From: Eremomyces bilateralis CBS 781.70
Taxonomy: Eukaryota
Length of the DNA stretch: 64,000 bases
Reading direction: 5' to 3' (one strand)
NCBI GenBank assembly: GCA_010015585.1
Contig: ML975159.1
Shown here: piece by piece, positions 60,989 through 64,000 of the stretch
How the letters are laid out: the number at the start of each line of letters is the position of its first letter
How positions within the stretch are numbered: position 1 is the first letter of the stretch
Notes under the pieces: model-generated
Database searches by the model: none
Seen by the model: the letters and a program-made list of their open reading frames with translations, nothing else
What the model was told of the DNA's origin: nothing
Translations under genes and position numbers: made by a program

Positions 60989-62612
60989 GATGTTTTCCAG
61001 TGCAATACTGTTCTTGACGTAGTCAACATGAACTATCAAAATTTGAACAAGGATACAAGAGAAAGACTTGGAAAATCGGTTCGTTTATAACAATCCTCTG
61101 GGGTTAGCAAGGCTGCCTGGTGAGGGTGGTAGAGTACTTCCATTGCTGCAGGAGTGGCATGCTCCATGGTGATAAACCCAGGAAACCACATTAAATCGCA
61201 TTGTGGGCGTTGAATGCGGATATTATGAGGGGATTTCTTCCCCCCATCATATAATTGGCAACTAACTAGCTCTACGCATGAAGACTGGATGGCTTCGTGA
61301 GAAACTCTCAAAGGAATCGCTCCTTGTTGAGATGTGGCGTCGATCTAGCTCAAAGGTGAGGGAACAACTGGTCTTGCGGCATTAAAGAATACAAAGAACG
61401 ACTGACAAATGACGCTGGGTTCATGCTCAATGTTTGTCGAGTACAGCTTCAACACGCGTTTGAGATATGAAATGGAGAGAATCCCAATGGCTCATGACCA
61501 TTTGAGGCGTCTGGTATGCCAGGGTAGCTTCAGCCAACTGTGATGAGGCGTTTCGCTGCCCAGGTCTTGTCGCGTCTGTTTCCTTGCTAGGAGCATATTT
61601 GCGCATGTTAATACGCAGCCAAGAAACCGTACTGGGGTCACAGAATATCTTGAGGACCTTGCCACTTGCAATACTCTACAATCACTCCACACGTGCGGAA
61701 ATACTACGCGGCGATATCTCATTCGGTCATCTTAGCTATATATAGAGGAAGGATGGCAGTTTCGGGTTAAAACACACCGACTAGAAATATAAGCCTCAAC
61801 CATGGGCGGAGGGCTACACCATTAAAGAAACGAGGAGGGGAGTTAATTTGTGAAAAAAAGGGGATTCGAGAGAACAGAAGTGGGAGATATATATAGTTAT
61901 GGATAGTTATGGTTTTCATAACTAAACACACATGAGTGCAGTCGGCAGCTTGCTTGCCAACGGCGCTTCTAACCCAAGGTGTGCTGCTAAACCATGCCTT
62001 ATGCTAACCGAGTTCTCTACAATAAAGATTTCCACGGAGAACTCATAAACCCGAAGGAACTCTAAAGCGAACCTGTCTTTACGTCCAGAATCGACTGCTG
62101 AAATGCGATATTCTGGTGCCATGGGGGCTGTAGATGGCTGCTGCGAATTCGCCGAATCTTGCCACCCGAGCAGTTGTCTGCTTAAGGTTGCTAGCTGCGA
62201 TTGAGCTGGCTCCACATTGGATATTAATGTATGAAGTATGAACCAACTCGATTAATAATGGAAGTGTGCATGATTACGCGTATAGGCCGGCGAGTTCCGC
62301 CTCTTACGGGCGATTCTCATAGATGTATCTAGAGAGTGAAGAATCTAGGATGTTCTTAGAATGCCCTGGATTGCTGTACACCTAGGCAAGGGAAGTGGAT
62401 GATAGGGAAGTTCAGTTGAAGACATAGGATCTCCCAGTTGTGTAGCTCGCAGCGGTTTAGAATTCAAAGCTTGCAATCTATAGCATTGATGGTAGTGATA
62501 CAAACGCGAAATATTATTCTAGGAAGACAATTTTGTACTCTATTTTACCGCCGCATCCCTTTTGTCCTTTTCCTTGCCCAGGTGCTTCGAAAACGCCTGG
62601 CAAAATGCACTC

Positions 62613-64000
62613 TTACTTCGCCGCGAACTGGCTCTTCGCTCGCAACGTGGCTCCGTAGAAATAAAGGATATACACTCCAGCAGCACACCCAACGGTCAGC
62701 CCCGCCAACAACGAGACGCCGCGATCGATGCCCAGGTTATGGTACAGCGGGCTGGAGAAATGGATCGACCCCGCCGCGAGCGACGACCGGGCGAGGTCGT
62801 TCCCCGCGAACAGCGATGCGGCGTACTGGGGGTAGGAAAAGGGGAGGTACACGAAGATGCACTGGATGATGATGAGGATTCCGGCGGTGAATATTCCGAC
62901 GCCGATGACGGAAACGACCCAGTGGATGGAAGGGGAGGAGGTCCACGCTGAATGTGGGAGTTAGCGGATTCTAACGGACGGATGGGAGGTGGGACTTACC
63001 GAAGATGAAAAGGCCGGCGGGAACGAGGAAAGCGGAGAAGAGCCCGGGGATTAGACGGTGTTCGGGGGCACCGAGGCCGTTCTTGAGGATTTCGGGCTCG
63101 ACGAACCAGTATATGTAGGACCAGTAGACGATGAGGGCGACAAGGGTACCGATGGGGATGGAGAGGAATACAAGGCCCGTCTGGCCTTGATTGAAGCCAT
63201 ACATTCCCATGTATACCAGCGGAAAGGACTCGAAGAACGAGTAGTAGATACCGTAGATGAGTGCAGTGTAGACCGCAGTAAATGCAATGCTAGGGTCCAG
63301 TAGCATGAGCTGCATCGGTCGCCAAAGGCTCTCTATGACGATATCGTTCACGGTCATTTTCGCTTGGTCAATCTCGCCCTGGCTTTTCAGCCGGTTCTCT
63401 CCCGTTAGAGCGCGGATCCGATCCGCACGCCGGAAGAGGATGTTGGGGGTGGAGGTCTCGGGGAGGAAGAGGAACATGGCCAGACAGATGGGCCCTGCCA
63501 GCCAGAGTAACTCCCACTGGGTCCATCGCCAGCCCTTGACCGGGACACTGAAGCCCCCGATGATGGGACCGAGAGAAGGACCGCATGTGGCTATCAAGGA
63601 CCACAAAGAAATTACATACGGCATCTTCATGAAAGAGAACATGTCTTGTAAACTGGCGCCGCCTGTCGCGAGGCAGGGAGACCCGAAAAAGCCTTGGAAG
63701 AACCGTGCGGCGATGAGTCCGGAGAAGTTGCGGGTGAGGGCAGCGGGGATGAGCATGAGGACGAAGATCAGGAAACTGACCATGTACGGCGGGTTACGAC
63801 CAACGGAGGGCATCTCGCTGATTGGGGAGAATATCATGGGACCGATTCCGTAGGCGAGGACGTACATCGACAGGCCCAGTGACACTTTTTGAACGGAGAC
63901 ATCGAATTCTTCGATGACGCCATTGTAACTGGCCGTGAATATAGAGCTGCCCTGTAAATGAAATTAGGAATTGCACATAGCGATCTAGATATGGTCGGGT
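62613..64000 (-). CDS. MFS multidrug transporter, DHA1 family (5' end outside window)
   Basis: GLSMYVLAYGIGPMIFSPISEMPSVGRNPPY, RFFQGFFGSPCLATGGAS, WRWTQW, LPETS, YSFFESFPLVY, PEHRLIP and YAASLFAGNDLARS. Intron ~62951-62999. Confidence 0.93.

Noticed and set aside
61922..62215. 97-aa minus-strand ORF between the relic cluster and the MFS gene
   Set aside because: No recognisable family and no ATG start. Cannot be supported as a gene.

Overview
Eukaryotic DNA from a filamentous ascomycete (Pezizomycotina), judged from GT-AG introns with CTRAC branch sites and fungal gene families. About 14 conserved intron-containing or single-exon genes are recognisable: PEX3, FOX2, FCF2, purine nucleoside phosphorylase, mitoribosomal S10, a lipid-droplet hydrolase, ARG7/argJ, a WDR70-like WD40 protein, BET5, a CaMKK, a Wor1/Ryp1-type WOPR transcription factor, HAP5/hapE, a malate dehydrogenase and TRS33, plus a partial DHA1 MFS transporter. 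Accessory non-self/cell-death genes lie between them. These are a frameshifted HET-domain gene, an NB-ARC/TPR NLR relic, and a head-to-head pair of an intact kinase-SH3-beta-propeller gene and a HeLo-like+pseudokinase (MLKL-like) gene. That pair is the best candidate for an undescribed system, a fungal RIPK3/MLKL-like module. The second clear highlight is a terminal MDH intron with tandem acceptors 4 nt apart that switch the C-terminus between PPK* and PPKL* (cryptic PTS1). The WOPR gene sits between about 10 kb upstream and about 9 kb downstream with no intact genes. All assignments come from motif recognition by eye, no searches were run, and exon boundaries are manual predictions.
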